A stretch of 64,000 bases of DNA, from assembly GCF_009914755.1 (NCBI RefSeq), contig NC_060935.1. The stretch is one strand, 5' to 3'. Of this stretch, positions 12,200-25,050 are shown in pieces. The position numbers and the translations under genes are program-made. The notes beneath the pieces were generated by a model, which searched no databases, was not told the DNA's origin, and was given only the letters and a program-made list of their open reading frames with translations. How positions within the stretch are numbered: the stretch's first letter is position 1; each line of letters opens with the position of its first letter. This DNA comes from the human T2T-CHM13v2.0 reference genome, Homo sapiens.

Positions 12200-12720
12200 T
12201 TGGGTTTTTATTATGCCCTGACTACTGCCAATGCGCCTGGATCACAGATTGCCATAAATTTATACTTATAAACTACTAATTGCCCAAGTCATAATGGTAA
12301 CAATGGGATAATGAAATCATTCTGATCAAGCTGAAGCCAAATTCTGCTTGACAACATGGGGGCTTTGCAAGGGAGGACAGACAAGAAGAAATTGGATACA
12401 AACCCCAGATGCTCTATTCCAATAAATACCAGCAGGAAACATACAAAGACCTGCAAAGGTTCTAAATTCTGTTCCAGGGGGCTTCCTTTCTAACAAATCA
12501 CTTAAGAAGGGGGGCGGTTACATTTGTAATACAAGCACTTGTATCCTTTATTTGTCTTGAAAAACTAATGACTGACTTAATCACATTTGATTAAAGGAGA
12601 TGTGTTGATGTAGTCATGTGTTTCTGATTGCATTAGGCTTGATTGAAAGTGGCAGGGAGAGTATGTAATAGCCTAACTGCCCCCTATATCTTGTCACTGG
12701 GGCTCGGCAGGCATGACGTG
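12200..12720. promoter_or_regulatory. Candidate enhancer / conserved non-coding element
   Basis: No recognisable repeat; many TAAT cores, CCATAAA, palindromes at 12529-12544 and 12577-12594, TGACGT near 12715; conservation not tested. Confidence 0.35.
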
Positions 12721-13349
12721 GGAGAATCCTGAGGGAATCGTTGTGGTGAACAATGTCATCTTTCAACTTGGGGGAGGGGGCCCGGAGAAGTAATCTCCAA
12801 CAGAAAATCAGGGCTCCCATATCAGAGCTGATGAAGGATTCAGAACTGATCCTCACACACTTCCATGTTTAGAGGACTGAAAAAAATAAAAATAAAAGGA
12901 AGAATGAGCCTGCCCACATAACAATATTCTCTTTCTAGAAACATTCAGATATTAAATGACAAGCCGGGAGGGTTTTTAAACTTCTTTTTTATAAATAATA
13001 TGCACAAGAAGACAAGCACTTAGCTTTAGGAATTAACAGGCCAACCCAATTTTTAAAATGAATTTGTCGAAAACCTGCGTTTTTATGAGAGATATTTACA
13101 TTGGTGGAAAAAAAATTGATTCCTAAGTCTTGTCCTGGCCATACATAAATTCAGATTGTGGGTTGTAATTCAGGACATGGAAACACCAGCTCAGCCTTAC
13201 CTGGACATTGAGCATGACAGGACTGGGCTCTGACAGCAATTCTTCATCATTCTTCATCATGTCTCACCATGTTGACTGACAGGGCTTTTACTCTTACCAC
13301 CACATTTTCCCCACCAAGCTATGCTCTCTAAATACTGCTCCAGCATAGT

Positions 13350-13527
13350 GTAGAGGTTCCAAGCTCTAGCATGCATCAGAATCACTGGAGGGCTTATTAA
13401 AATTAGATTTCTGGGTCCCAACTCCTTGAGTCTTGGATTCAGTAAGTCTGGGCTGGGGCCTGATAATTGGCATTTTTAACAAGTCTCTGATGCTGGTATT
13501 TCAGAGACTAAGTTTTGAGGACTGTGT
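13350..13527. mobile_element. MER5A (hAT-Charlie) DNA transposon
   Basis: gcatcagaatcactggagggcttattaaa...gattcagtaagtctgggctggggcctga...catttttaacaag. Confidence 0.88.
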
Positions 13528-14379
13528 GCAAGAGAAATGTTTCTAATTTGTTAATTGGATCATATTTTACATATGCTCAAAATTCTTCAGTGTTTCCCAA
13601 TTGTTTACCAAGTGAACTCTAAATGTCTTATTCTTTCCTTTCGAGTCATTTTTAGAAGGAGGTGGCATTTGAGGACAGAAGGACAGACAGACATGCCAGA
13701 TATATAAGCAACCCCCTAAGCCTGCTATTCTAAAGTTCTGTATCACCTAGCCCCAAATGACTTTTCAAATTAAAGAGTGTTTATGTATTATAAAATAAAT
13801 AAATAAGATATCCCAGAAAAATTGGAAAGTACAGGAAAATACAAAGAAAACATGCATCTGTTTCCTGGCAAGCAAAGAAGTCTGTAAAGATAGATACCCA
13901 CTCTTTATTAGTGAGTACAACTTGGTGGTGATATTCTGCATGATTTTCACTATTCTTTGAGCTTTTCTATATTGCTCAATTTTTTATGAAAACAATACAG
14001 CTATTTTCCATGAAAAAAATTAAGAAATCATCTCCAATCCTCTTATCCCGACACTTACTTTTAAAATCCTAAACTTTGTGCTTTATCCTCATGTAGCCAA
14101 TTTTTCAAAGTGAACTATACTTAACTCCCCAAGTTCAGCTTGAGCTCCTCTTCCCTGCCCGTCTGCTCCATCCTCCTGGTGTGAGTGTTAATATCAATAA
14201 TGAATCAATGCGAAGTCTGTCATCCCTTGAGGAGGCCACACCAACCTTCTGTACTTATTTACTGAGATGGTTTGGGAAGTGTTCTGAGTTAGAAGAAGAC
14301 CTCTACTTCCAGCCCCAACTCTTTCATGAGCCTGTTGTGACACCTGAGGGCCTGGCCACATCTCACAGAAAACATGGGC

Positions 14380-14555
14380 TTGCTACACTTCTTTTCAGCT
14401 CAGTCATGCTCCAGCTGTGTGACCAGTTAAGTTTTCTGAACCTCAGACCCTTGGTCTATAGAACAGTCACATAAATACTTAATGGCAGGGCTGATTGTGG
14501 GTTAAATCACATGGGAATGTGCCTGTCCCATAAGAGGAATTCATTCAACATCATT
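14380..14555 (+). mobile_element. MIR SINE fragment
   Basis: ccagctgtgtgaccagttaagttttctgaacctcag core. Confidence 0.6.
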
Positions 14556-14850
14556 CCCCTGTCCCACCCCACTTTCTCATCCCTATAATAGAGATATTCC
14601 TCATCAGTGCTACCTACCTCACCTTCTGATCGGGTTGCATGAGGTTTAGATGTGCCTTAATACTTTAAAACAAAAAAAAAAAAAAAAGGAAAAAAATATC
14701 TTTTGGAAATTTGACTATTACACGTGGATTTTTGTAATAATAGACAGAGTCTACGGAGATGAGGATTCTGGATTCATATTCTGACCCAAATTCCGTTTCT
14801 CTATGCCCACTCCCTGATCAGTCTACTCCCTTAGAAAATTGTTGAGTGGC

Positions 14851-15205
<355 letters not shown>

Positions 15206-16334
15206 TCACCCCTTCCATACACTCACCCATCTATACCATAGGAGGGTGGGTCTGATTATTTTTTTCAACGCCCCCCACTTTTTTTTTTTTTTAGCAGAGT
15301 CTTAGTTCTAACCTTCTTTGATTCTATGAGCTTATGAAATTAATAGATGAATTAATAGAAAAAAGTAGGCAATATGATAATTGGAAGAAGAAAAGATAGG
15401 TGGTCAGCAAGAAAAATGAGCGAGAGTAAAAAAGGTGAAGGAAGCAATGGAAAAATGGAGCAATGAACAAACAAAAAATGGAGCCTTGCACATTAGCAAA
15501 AGGAAGAGGCACCAGACCGCCTATCCACAGAGAAGATAGACATATATGTTTTCCATACAGCTATTTTTCACCCTCACATACAATGAAGGCAGAGCCATAG
15601 TTAGAATTTTTAGTAGCTTGAAGCTAATTTAAACTTCATCGTTCTGTTTGACTAGCATTAAAATATCATATAGATTTTTCTCCAGCGGGTTTGTACATCA
15701 CCACATAATTGGCACCCTCGATACCTGCTATTACTCTCTCTTCCACAATAGAGGTGGTCAGAAAGTTCAGAGGAAAAAAATCCCCCTTCTGCATCTACTT
15801 GATTTCACAACACAGAATGAATGTGAGACATGGATCTGGTTTTAAATAAATTATTAGCACCATATAATTTCTTGTCATATAATCGAGAGTACATTTCATG
15901 TGGAAAAAAAGTGAGAAAATAATTTGCAAATAGGTTTCAGCATGAAAACATGCAAGGAGAATACCTAAAACAGAACTTTTGGTGATGAAAAATGTTTTAT
16001 AAAATATATGTTTGCTTCCTTTTGTGGTTTCTGCTTCTTTCCCCCTTTTTCAAAAACAGAAAAAAAATCATTTATGTTGCAGATAACTACTCTTGTTATG
16101 GTTTTCTCTCCTTGCATTCGGGGAACTCCACCACGTATTCATTTCAGTTTCATTTTGCTGTTTAAGAATTGGAGATCCTCAAAGTTACAAGGAAAGTCTG
16201 GCTTTGTCTGGGCTAATGTCCTGTCCAAAGCCGATCCCTTCTACAGCTTCCCAGGCATTTTGTCATTCTGCCTCTGGTTGTATAGTTTCAGGGACAGGCC
16301 ACCTGAACATTTATCAGGAAATCATCAGTCTCAG

Positions 16335-16535
16335 TTTGGGGTCTGTGGGATGGACTTAAATCCTAGATCTACTGTTTACCTGTTGTGAGACCATGGGCAA
16401 GTCATTTGACCTTTTAGGGCATTGGGTGCTTTCTGTGAAGTGGAGGTATTCTTAAACCATAGAGGAGATTTCAAAAAGAACGTGGCTATAGGAATCCTAG
16501 CACAGTGCCTGGTATGCAGTGGTGCTCAATAAAAG
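16335..16535 (+). mobile_element. MIR SINE
   Basis: gaccatgggcaagtcatttgacc...agcacagtgcctggtatgcagtggtgctcaataaa. Confidence 0.8.
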
Positions 16536-16616
16536 TGTAATCTATTCTGCATGATGGCATCTATTCTCTGCTTGACAGATTCCTAGTTCTGTCTGAGAAT
16601 GAGCTGAAATCTGTCT

Positions 16617-16663
16617 CCAGGTGACTTCTGCTCCCAGGTGACTTCTGCTCCCAGGTGACTTCT
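16617..16663. repeat. 17-bp tandem repeat CCAGGTGACTTCTGCTC x2.8, inside a probable L3/CR1 fragment
   Basis: Perfect copies at 16617, 16634 and partial at 16651; flanks gagctgaaatctgtctcc...cctatgggttg resemble L3. Confidence 0.85.
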
Positions 16664-17379
16664 ACCTATGGGTTGTTGCTCTGACCTTGGACCTACATAG
16701 AATAAGCTACCCCTGAGCTTCCTCCAGGTAATGGAAATTCTCAAACATCATGTCTCTTTGGCTCTTCTCATCCCCTCACTCAGTAGCCCCAGTGATAACT
16801 GAATGAGCACACCGGATAACACAGATTGTGTTAGGGATCACCAAAAATCAGCCAGAATGCCATATCCTAAAGTTCATCTGTCTATGTAAAATGGAAATGG
16901 ATTGGTGGAGAGGTGTGTACAGGCGTATTCTATAGACATATCTGGTTTCAGAGGCCCAGCTGAGGGGTCTGATAGAAATTTCTAGTTGCAAAAGTATCAG
17001 GCTCTTTATCCTAACACAGTTCTCTCATCTGTAGCAGATTCATCCTCCAAGCATTTGCTACTAATGAATTATGCATCATACCTAAAAACAAACAACTAAG
17101 ATATACAGTGACTTCTTTAAATGGTTTAATAAATACAGTATTAACCAAATGTTGATAAATAAAGCACTCATTTTTGTCCTTATCTCAAGAAAGAAAGAAT
17201 CATCTGGAAGAAGTAGTGATGATCAGTAGATAAGGGCAGATGACCACCTACCACTCACATGCTTCTCAGAAATTCAGGAGGACGCTCTAGCCTCCCCCAT
17301 TAAAATAGGATTTCTCCTGTGTGTGTGGATTTTGTGCATGTACCTGATGATTTTACTTCACTTAGATCCTTTCTGTCTT

Positions 17380-18075
17380 CCCAGTCCTGTTGTGACTGCT
17401 TTCTCTCAGACCCTTATCAGGTCTTCTCCGGATGAGTAGAATAGCCGATCTCCCTGCATGTAGGCTCAGCTGCCTCTAATACACAGTCCCAGGGTTGTTT
17501 CTAAATACCAAATCCAAGTGTAATGCACTTCTATTTAAAGTCGTTAGGTGGGTCCTGATGGCTTCACAAATAAAATGCAATTTCACAGTCTTGCACACAA
17601 AACTCTTCAAGATCTGATTCCAGCTGACACACTTCTTCCATATAACTTATTTTTCATTGTGTGCACCATGCTTCTTCCTGTCTCTGCTTTGTGCCTGCCG
17701 TTTACTGTGGGTGAAAAGCCAATCCCTCCCCTTCTCCATTTGGAAAATATCTTTTTTTAAATTATTTTATTCCCCCCCCATCAGATAGAAAAAGATTCAG
17801 TGCACTTTAATTATGGTAGTGTAACAATTCCAGAGAGTGTCATCACTTGACTGGAACATTCTTCACCTCTCCGTTCAAATGTCACTTCCTCTGGGAACTC
17901 TCCATGACTTCTGCAGGTGGCATTAAAAGCTCCCTTTTCTAACCCCCGTAGTGTTCAGCATAGACTTCTGTGTTAGAACTCAACACACCTGTAGCATGTG
18001 GTGACTTTTTTTCTATTTGACTTTGAGCTCTCCAAGGGCAAAGTCTGTGTTTTGCTCATATTTGTTCCCATCCTG
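17380..18075 (+). mobile_element. L2 LINE 3' region
   Basis: ttcaaatgtcacttcctctgggaac...tgagctctccaagggcaaagtctgtgttttgctcat. Confidence 0.7.
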
Positions 18076-18399
18076 CTGTCATCTTGCCAGTTTTATTTTT
18101 GACTACTAGAGATCAGAAGATTTACTTAATAGATTGGGAAATTGAGACCAAGCAGCCAAATGAAGATTTTACTTATAGATAATCTGTCCTAGTAGACACT
18201 GTATTTGATGCTTTAGGTTCACATCCTCGTTTAATTTCCCCAAGCCTCTGTGGTAGGTATCTTACGCAGAACCACTTTACCTAATAAGCCAGGGGCTGGG
18301 TGGTGACAAGGGGACCTGCTAAATGTCACAGAGTGAGTCGGTGGAAAATCTTGTTCTTCAACCCTGGAGTCCTGAATCTCCTGCCCTGGGTAGCCCATG

Positions 18400-18640
18400 G
18401 GTTCCTTCCTTCTTTCTGCTTCCAGATTCTCCTTTCTTTCCATTCTGTCTTCCTTCTAGATTTTCCATCAACTGCCTTCCTCTCTGTCGTTCTCATTTTT
18501 GCTCTCTCCTTTCTTTTTTCTTTCCCAGTCTTTCTCTCCACTCAATTTTTCCCTTTCCTTTGCCTCCCTCCCATCTCTTGTCCCAACTTCTGTTTCTCCT
18601 TCTCCTTCTTTTCCCTTTAATTCTGTTTTACTCTTTCCAG
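18400..18640. repeat. Low-complexity polypyrimidine (CT-rich) tract
   Basis: Direct read; explains the overlapping F/L/S-rich ORFs. Confidence 0.85.
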
Positions 18641-19589
18641 CCCAGAAATATTTCCCTAGGAAAGTGAACTTTATTGGCTATCACATCTTTCTTCTTCTGT
18701 GCTCAGTTTCCTCCCACCCCCATTTCTTTGGCCCTGGAGCCTCTGGTTACCATGCTCCTCAACCTGACACCCATTCCCTATGCACATGACCCTCTGCAGG
18801 TCTGGACACGTGAGCAGCCATCTCATCAGAGTGGAGAATGAAACTTGACACACAGAGTGAGTGCCTATCACTATCTAAGCTTCCAGGTAAAATATGCAGC
18901 AAAAACCTTGGTCCAGATAATCACCACGTTCTGAAGATGAAAAATAACAGCTGTCTTTGGTACTCATTTGCTTGTAAAAACTTTTCTCTAAGAAAATCTT
19001 GTGAAGTCCTATACGTTTGAAATGTACTTGTTCCATGATCTTTGAAATAAATGCTTAAGAACCATGAAATTACTTTGGGTGAGGGTGGGGGGATGTGTTG
19101 ATTATTTGATTGCAAACAATTTTGTTCATTTAACTATTCATTAACATAAAAAGATGAAAAATTCTTGGAACATATTTTGCATAGATTTAGAACTTAAAGA
19201 ATTTAATCAAAAGTAAATATAACCTTGAGAAATTAAGCAATTAAATATTAGGGAACTAAATGCTAGACTAGTATGATTAATACTGTGGGTATTTTTTTTT
19301 CTTTTTCTTGTGGGGGAAGTCCTTGGTTATTAGAAACTTGTAAGATTACTAAGGACATAACCTCAAGGGACTCACTTCTCAATATCCAAAAGGAGGAACA
19401 GAAAGAAAAGACCTCGTCTTAAAAGGTCTGGCTTAGAGATGCTTATAGATATAGGTTTGAAAAAGCAATCCCCTATAGAAGTAGGGAGGTGAGAGAAAAC
19501 TCAGCAGCCTTAAATAAGCAAAGGAAACTTTAGTAACTCTAGGAAAAGTAGAAGTGATTTTAGCTCAATATCTCATAGCTCTGTTCCAT

Positions 19590-19702
19590 AGGGCTGCGAG
19601 CTCCTTAAGAGCTAGCCTGTGTCTAATTCATCTTTGCTACTCCAAAGCCTAACATAGCACCTTGGCATAGTAGACATCCAATAAATATTTGTTGAGTGAA
19701 TG
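19590..19702 (+). mobile_element. L2 3' tail
   Basis: gagctccttaagagc...catagtagacatccaataaatatttgttgagtgaatg. Confidence 0.8.
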
Positions 19703-19704
19703 TT

Positions 19705-19935
19705 ACCTAATGTTTCTTGAGTGCTTATTATATGTCAGGCTAAGTCTAAGTGCTTTACGTGTATTAACTTTAAATTTCATGACAACCCTAAGGGGTAGAT
19801 ACTTTTAACATTGCCATTTTAAGAGGAGAAAACTGAGACACAGGTAATTTAAGTAATTTGTTCAAGGTTTCACAAGTAGCATGTGGCTCAGCTAGGATTT
19901 GAACATATAGGGTCTGATTTAATGCTTATACTCTT
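19705..19935 (-). mobile_element. MIR SINE
   Basis: ccattttaagaggagaaaactgagacacaggtaatttaagtaatttgttcaaggtttcac. Confidence 0.88.
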
Positions 19936-20084
19936 GAAGACTCCTTGGGACTCTAATATAGGGAGTTCGTGAACCATGAACTCTCTTGGTTCCATGCCAG
20001 CGAAAGTGGAAGTAGGGTTCCAGTAATAATACTTGGGCAGGAGGGAGGGTCCTTTAGAGATAAAACCTTATTTTGTGCCAGAAA

Positions 20085-20235
20085 AACACCCAATCTAATC
20101 TTATTTAACATTGTCACTAACTCTATGTGGTAGGCAATATTATTCCCATTTGGAAAATTGAGATTCATCAAAACGAAGAATGTGTTCAAAGTCACAGAGC
20201 TAATAAATAGCAGAGTCGATGTTCTTTTCACCATG
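20085..20235 (-). mobile_element. MIR SINE fragment
   Basis: attattcccatttggaaaattgagattc...tgttcaaagtcacagagctaataaatagcagag. Confidence 0.7.
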
Positions 20236-21534
20236 GAATTGTACTTGTTCCACGATCTTTGAAATAAATGCTAGAGAACCATAAAATTGTGAGGTTCACT
20301 GACCTCACGCCAAGGTTCTATTGTCACTTAAAAACTCTAGTTCCTGGATTTTTCTTGCTCAGGAAATGTGGCCCAACCTCTCCATATCTCTTGGTTTGAA
20401 GAGCATCTCAGCTGCTACTGTCTTCATCTGAACCCTGCTTGAGACAGATCAGTGGGGTAGGGGAAGTGAAACAAAGGAAAAAGGGACATTGGTTTAATGA
20501 AGAGAATGAGTTTGTTTACGAGAAATGTGTGGACATTGAGCCAAATGCTTAAAGAAACAGGAAGGTTGTTCTAAGAGAGGAGGATGGGGTGGATGCCTTC
20601 TGGGCTGAGCCACCATCCTGTCCCAGAGGTCCAAAGATCAGGACCCCAGTCTGTGTTGTAATAACAGAAGAGTTCAGCTTCCCCAAGAGAAGGTCCCGAG
20701 GAATCCTGAACTCCATTCTTTTCAAGTGTGTGTTGCTTTCTGGGTTCTGCTTTTAAGTCTACATCTGGGGAAGGCCTTTGTGAGTCTGATCAGCTGAGCC
20801 CAGTCACATGACCAAGTCCTAGCTCAAGGGACACCATGATTGTGGCCCAGCCAGTCACTCTCTCAATCTTGGACTTTTGAATTTTGAGTGAGGAACACAA
20901 AGAAGTAGGGGTGGTAGAGATTTTGCTGAGCCTGCTTCTTCAGAGTGCCAGCAATTTTATGAGCTCCTCAATACTCTTAGAAAGATCCCTGATTAGTGCC
21001 AGGGCCCCAGAGAAGTCACTCTCTTCTCTTGCCCAGTTGCAAATTAGTAGGCTAATTTTTGTCCTCCCAGGAAGAGGAAGGAAGCCAAGGAATCTGAAGC
21101 CATGTTCAGCTTTTGTCCAGATTCCTGTCAGGAGCCATGTAGAATGCCTTTAAATACCAAGGTGAGAAGTGGACCTGGAAGAGCTAATACCTTTAAGCAA
21201 GGAAACAGCAGTGTCAGCTGAAGGCTGCCATGATATTCTAGGACTATGATTCCCAAAACTGAGCTGACCCATCTGTGGGCTCCATCTGGAGTCACAGGCC
21301 TTCTCTCTTGGAACTCACGCATATGCCTATATTCACTCTGATGCTCAACTACTGTCCCAGTTTTAGGAAATTGCCTATACTGGTGTCTAAGTCTCCAGCC
21401 CTTCACTCAATCTGCCTAATGGACCTTCAGGGGAATCTGACCTTCCATGCATATCCATTTCCAGCTCACAAACAGTTTTGTAAAAATGGACTAAGCTCAA
21501 CCACAGGGGAAGAAGGACCATAAACCTTCAAAGC

Positions 21535-21700
21535 CAAAAGGAAGAGACTTGGGTGAAAACCTGCCTGTGTGACGTCATCTCTCTGAACTTCAATTTCCTT
21601 GTCTGTAAAATGGGAAAAGAAATGGGACCTACCATAGGGTTGTCCTGAGGTATGAATGAGACAATGCACATTTAAAATCCTTGTATGTTCAATAAATTAT
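21535..21700 (+). mobile_element. MIR SINE containing a perfect CRE (TGACGTCA, 21570-21577)
   Basis: tctctgaacttcaatttccttgtctgtaaaatggga core. Confidence 0.8.
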
Positions 21701-22544
21701 CTCGTTGACTTGAATTTATATCCATCTTTTTTCTAGCCATCATAACACCAGAGAAATATTCTATTCCTGAATTTCTCCCATAACTGCCATACTTCACAAT
21801 GATTTCACACCTATTATGTAATTGGCTTTTAAACAATTCCTTTGAAGAAAGCAATAAAGAAATCATGATGTTTGCCACTTTCTGATGTCTGCCTCTTTCA
21901 GTCCTTTAAAATGCAAACAATCTGCTCATGGGAGGGACCTGTTATTTGCTTAGACACATTCACCTTCATTGATTCCTGCAGGTTACCCATACCTCTTTGG
22001 CTTAAAATTTTGTTTCCATTTTTCAGACTGACACCGTTTGATGTGACCAATATTTTAAATATCTATTTGGGTCATACCTTGATTCTACCCAGTTAATCCC
22101 ATGGATTGTGAAGTGTCTTTATTCAGACCATCAGAACCCCACTCCTGCAGGCTGCTCATTTGCTCACTGGCTCCATTCACAGAAATCATGAGTAAGAGGC
22201 ACGTCCCCTGTGGCAGCCCAATTTCCAGCCTGGTTTGATGTTTCACCACTGGTAACCCCGATTCTAGAAGGAACTCTTTCAGTTTAGATGGCTTTCCAAG
22301 GAGTTAATGTCACTTGCTTGTATTCATTTATAATTTTTAATTCTTTTTAACTCAGTGTGTACTGAATTTGTGTATTGCTGTGGTGCCCACACATGATCCT
22401 TCTTTCCTTCTCAGAAAATAAACACGTGGGCTCTGATGGCCTGCGGGCTCTCAGCACTTTCAGTGAAATCAGAAACCCTATGTAGCAGATAGGGCCTCTT
22501 TTCATTATAGGACCTAGATCCCTAGTGGGTAGTATCTGGTATTA

Positions 22545-22780
22545 ACAATGGCTCTAGGCTCATCTGGGTCATTGTTTAAGCTTTGCCATAGTCTAAGCTT
22601 TGTCTCTAACTCCATGAAAATTGGTTACATTATTTCACCTCTATAGATTTCAGTGTTTTCATCTGTGGTGCTAGAATAATTATATCTGCCTTGATTAACT
22701 CCCAGGATAGTTATGAAGATCCAAAGATATGTGAATATATTTCAAAAAATTATAAAGTAACATACAAATGCATGATGTTC
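22545..22780 (+). mobile_element. MIR SINE, degraded
   Basis: ttcagtgttttcatctgtgg...aataattatatctgcc...ggatagttatgaagat. Confidence 0.6.
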
Positions 22781-23174
22781 ATATTATTAAATTTAATGCT
22801 AATCAAAGTAATTGGCTTTGAAACTGAAATGATACAGAGAAATGAAGCATTTTAAGTATTGGTCAGATGTTAACATTAACCAGCTAATCCCTAAAGTTCT
22901 GAGTTTGTGAAAATACTTTGGAAATAATGGCTACGACTGGGCCAAATTTCAGATTTTAGTAGAAACATCTAAGTAGATATTTAAGAAATATGAAATCAGG
23001 ATTTGCCTCTCTTGTGCCTTCTTTATTAGCCAAGTAAATATAAAGGCACATATATGTGCTCACGTATATTCTCTCTGTGTGTGTCACAAACACATGCACA
23101 CACACACACACACACACACGGAATGTTATCCAGTTAAGAAATAACAGAACTTTTTTTTCCAGCTGAGTTAGAAA

Positions 23175-23400
23175 GGAATTTATCAAGCTCCTAACATGTG
23201 CCAGTGTTGGGCTGATTACATGAGATATGTCAGCTATTTGGTTTCTACAACACAACCATAAGGTAGGCATTATTATTCGCATTTTACAAGAGAAGAAAAG
23301 TAGACTTGGAAATATATGACTTGCTTCTAGTCACACTGTTAGTAGCTGGTAGGATTAAGATTAAGATCATGACTATGTTTCCAAAATCTCTGGGCTTTCC
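23175..23400 (-). mobile_element. MIR SINE
   Basis: aaggtaggcattattattcgcattttacaagagaagaaa...gacttgcttctagtcacac. Confidence 0.8.
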
Positions 23401-23409
23401 ACCGCCTAC

Positions 23410-23612
23410 CCCATTGTTCCCAAATGCTTCCCCTTTTGACTGGTTTCTGACTGTCTGCTTCCCCAGGTTCAGGGAACAGGACAGAAATAAAGATTCCTAG
23501 GCTTCACTCCTGAAAATTCTACTTCAGTAGTTCTGGGCCAAGTCTTACAAATCTCTATGCTTAACAAACATCCCAGAAAATTATGAAGAGAGGTCAGTTT
23601 TAGAACACTTTT
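23410..23612. mobile_element. MER5-family DNA transposon fragment
   Basis: aaagattcctaggcttcactcctga...ttcagtagttctggg...ttaacaaacatcccag...ttagaacact. Confidence 0.6.
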
Positions 23613-23696
23613 AAGGCCAATATGCCACATGAGAAAATATCAAGAATGGTGGTAACTTCTGGAAAGGGGGAGAAACTGGTGACATCTGAGAAATGA

Positions 23697-23697
<1 letters not shown>

Positions 23698-23733
<36 letters not shown>

Positions 23734-23748
23734 AGACACACACACACA
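23698..23748. repeat. Interrupted (CA)n microsatellite; another (CA)n at about 23097-23119
   Basis: Direct read. Confidence 0.95.
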
Positions 23749-24819
23749 TCCTTCCTTTCCCTACTCAAAAATGTAAGCTTCACTTACATCTCAATCCAAT
23801 CCAAGGGAAGGGATGTTTTTTTACTTATGCACTCAAAGTGCCTAGAACAGCCTCTGGCATATGCCAGAGTGTTATAAATATTTGCTAAGTGGATGAATGA
23901 AATTCATTAGCTTCCTTGGCAAAAACATAAATATGCAAATAGACTGGAAAAATAGGCATAAGTCTATGGTCCTATGTTTGCTTATTTCTGTGTGATATTT
24001 TGTAAATGGTTAATGCCTGGTGAAGATGTTTCAATCCAACAATGTGCTGGTCCTTTTCACAACTCTGTAATCTTTCTCCTGAAATTGTTCATGAAAGTTG
24101 GAGAAAAACATACTAGCAGTTCCGTTCAAAATTGGGCTCCTCCGTCCCTTTGGTTCATTTCCTCCCAAATTCATGAATTCAAGAAAAGCTTGTCAACTCT
24201 CTGAACGAGACGACTGTGGCAAAACAAATTTATGAATCCAATCAGAAGTGAACAGAAGTGATTCTGCTGGTTTGATGAATGTGCCTCAACAAATCCCTGC
24301 CTCCCTCTGAAGCTAGGGGGTTGGAGGAAGTTTGGAAAGAGGATATGAGAAATCCATTTGTGACGCGCTATGGATCCCGAGTGAACAGGCCCAGAGGTAG
24401 GGAAGGCAGTAGTCTGCATCCATTAGCATCGCCAACATCTGTCCTCCTTCTAGCCACCTCCACCGAGGCCCACTGACCACAGTCTGTCACTAGATCTTGT
24501 GCTCAGATGTTCCGCTCGAGCAGAGCATTCATAGCACTAATGCCACAGTGAGCCCAAGCATTAGAGGGGAAAATATAACTGGGGCAGGGGTGGCATACAA
24601 GTCAAGGCTAGCAAACTTCTCCAGTGATGGCTACCAGGTTGTTAAAGGAATTCTAGAGGATCAAATTCTGTACTGTTAACAACATTATACCCACCCCCAA
24701 CATCATTAGGATCAGAAGTTGTGCTGACACGTGCTTGAGTTTATTTTACCCCAACTAAAGCAGGCACGTTTTCTCATGCCTAGCCTGTGCCATTCAGTCA
24801 CAACCAGCTTCTCAGAAAT

Positions 24820-25050
24820 CATAATCACAGCTAACGTGTTGGGGACTTGTTGCGTACCACGTTTCGTGCTAAGCACTTTCAGGCATAACATCCTTGAATT
24901 CTCATGATTAGATAGGAATCTGAACACCCATATTGCACAAATTGAGATGCTGACGTTCAAAGTTAAATAACTTATCCAAGACTACACAGTGGGTAAGAGG
25001 TAGAAATGGGGTTCTGCCTTGTCCAGAGCCTGAGTTCCTATTCACCATGA
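24820..25050 (-). mobile_element. MIR SINE
   Basis: gtgctaagcacttt...aagttaaataacttatccaagactacacag. Confidence 0.75.

Noticed and set aside
16617-16663. CRISPR-like direct repeats
   Set aside because: No spacers, only about 3 adjacent copies, eukaryotic context; a simple tandem duplication
18641-18886. Possible cryptic exon after a long polypyrimidine tract (ttccag| ... cag|gtaaaa)
   Set aside because: Such pseudo-exons are common; no transcript evidence and no meaningful coding frame
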